DNA from: Atractiella rhizophila
Lineage: Eukaryota
Direction of reading: 5' to 3'
Assembly: GCA_021432655.1 (NCBI GenBank)
Contig: MU271333.1
Coordinates: 1-64,000, forward strand
Length of the DNA stretch: 64,000 nucleotides
Under the pieces are notes generated by a model. The model ran no database searches. It was not told the origin of the DNA and saw only the letters and a program-made list of their open reading frames with translations. Positions 62,210 through 64,000 of this stretch are shown here, in pieces; positions within the stretch are counted from its first letter, which is position 1, and each line of letters starts with the position of its first letter. Both the position numbers and the translations under genes were made by a program.

Positions 62210-62787
62210 TTTGTTCCATTCAGTTCCTCCTTTGAGTAGACATTTGGATGCTTTCGTTTCATTTCATTTTCGGATGGATTGTATGTGGCAAGGACTGTGG
62301 TTGTGCATTGTTGTATCATCAAAACTCACATTTCATACCCGATACTGTAATCGATTCTAGATTCACTTACCCTCATTTTCTCTTCCCTCCAGGGGTCAAG
62401 CATCTTCAAGCAACACTCGTACAATCACTCCACTCGGAGTCCATTCATTCCAATACCCTACGACACACGACCGCGACACCGCAACTACTTGATGAAGACT
62501 GGGATGAAGAACAAGGATGAAAGGAAGGCTCAAACAAAGGACCAACCAACCAGCATCTGGATTTGATTGAACATATGTAGCAAAGAAATCAAAGGGGGGA
62601 GGGGTCACATTCGAACATATTGCACTGCTCGGGAATTGGGAGTGGGGAGTCGAAGGATGGAAAAACACAGACGTGGATCACGGACAAGGCTTTTGAGATG
62701 GATCAAATGAGTAGAGCGAGATGAAGGGAGAGAGAGTATATGTTAAGGACCGTGTTTCTTGTTTCTCTGCACAGGATGCAAGTTGCA

Positions 62788-64000
62788 TCATCGGACACTC
62801 TCTGGTCCCATGTTCCGGTTCTGGAACGTGAAACCTGAGGAAGCAGACACATCAACCTTCCAACAACTGAATGAAGAAATTGGTAAGATGAACATACCTT
62901 CAAACTGTGCCTGTACGCTCTCGCTCAAATGACTGGGTTCAACCACACTATCAACTGGCGCTTCGGCGGTAAACTCTTCATCGAACTGTACCGAACAACA
63001 AACCAGTCAGCTTCTTCTCTACAAAAGGGACAATGAGGCAGTATGCGGTGGAGTTACGCACATTAGAAGTATCAGCAGCGCTCTCCACGCTCGGCTTGAA
63101 CGGCGGCTGGATCTTCTTCGTGCTCAAAAGTGCCCAATCCAAATGATTCTTGAAGAACGGATGGTTCTTTATATCCTCAGCACCACGATTTCCCAACCTA
63201 TTGCACGTGTGAGGAAGAGTCGAAAGAGCCTCAATAGAAGAAACGAACCTCTGTGACGGTTCTCTCGTGAGTAAGCCGGTGAGCACGGAGCGAGCTTCAG
63301 CTCCCATGTCGTCAGGGAAAATCAACGGATTCTGTGATCACAAATATGAGTCCCAATACGCTTGCACTATCTTCTAGAGTTGGTAGACGGGAGTACGGAC
63401 CTGCAGAATCTTCTTGTACATAGTTGGCACGTCTTCGTCATAGTAAGGTGGTAATCCCGTCAACATTTCGTACAACAAGACGCCGAGCGTCCACCAGTCC
63501 ACACTCTTCGTGTATCCCTGACCCAGCAACAGTTCCGGCGCGAGATATTCAGGCGTTCCGCAGAAAGCTGATCATTATCAAAATGGCATGAGTGAGGATC
63601 CCAACATGGAGTAGGGAGGACGAACTGTTAGTCGTCTCTTGATCCGTCATGTTCAGCTTGCACAGACCAAAATCGCAGAGGGAGATGTGTCCGACGTAAT
63701 CGAGAAGGATATTTTCTGGTTTCAAATCCCTACGTTGCAGGATCAGCTGGGCGTTTCCACGCAACCGTATGGAAAAAGAGGAACTTACCGATAAACGACA
63801 TTGAAGCCATGGAGACATTCAAGGGCACACAACAATTCGGCGGCGTAAAACCTGCTCCTCTCTTCACTGAACCTTCCCTCTCGTTGGAGGTGATGAAAGA
63901 GTTCTCCACCATTGACGAAGGCTAGGACGAGGTACAATTTATCTGGAGATTGGAAGGCGAATTTGAGAGGAGTGATGAATGGATTGTTGACCTTTGCGAG
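62788..64000 (-). CDS. AGC-family Ser/Thr kinase, Ypk1/Gad8-like, 3' part (5' end beyond the window)
   Basis: [60 protein letters not shown] and hydrophobic motif QFEGFTF. Confidence 0.93.

Overview
Gene-dense eukaryotic DNA with short (mostly about 45-80 nt) spliceosomal introns. Gene content and intron style point to a basidiomycete fungus, possibly Pucciniomycotina (inference). About 24 protein-coding genes or gene fragments can be read: a GT32 glycosyltransferase, two F-box/LRR-like proteins, a small KGG-type stress protein missed by the ORF track, a GPI-anchored AA5 copper radical oxidase, a PRM10/ThrE-like membrane protein, an Egh16/GAS1-like secreted protein, a dienelactone hydrolase, a Zn2Cys6 factor, a sugar O-acetyltransferase, MAS1 and VMA3 (both duplicated), an EcKL kinase, two inverted HxxxD acyltransferase paralogs around an R3H-associated gene, bleomycin hydrolase, an LCCL membrane protein and the 3' part of a Ypk1/Gad8 kinase. 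Two structures stand out. (1) A transposon nest at about 5.4-14.8 kb: a full-length Tad1-like LINE (11-bp TSD, (ACA)n tail, four inactivating lesions) sits inside a solo LTR with its own 5-bp TSD, beside older CpG-eroded copies of that LTR and an orphan TPR-repeat fragment. (2) A 2.84-kb tandem duplication of the head-to-head MAS1/VMA3 pair with a blunt junction in the last MAS1 intron. All calls come from manual reading of the sequence; no searches were run and exon boundaries are hand-derived.
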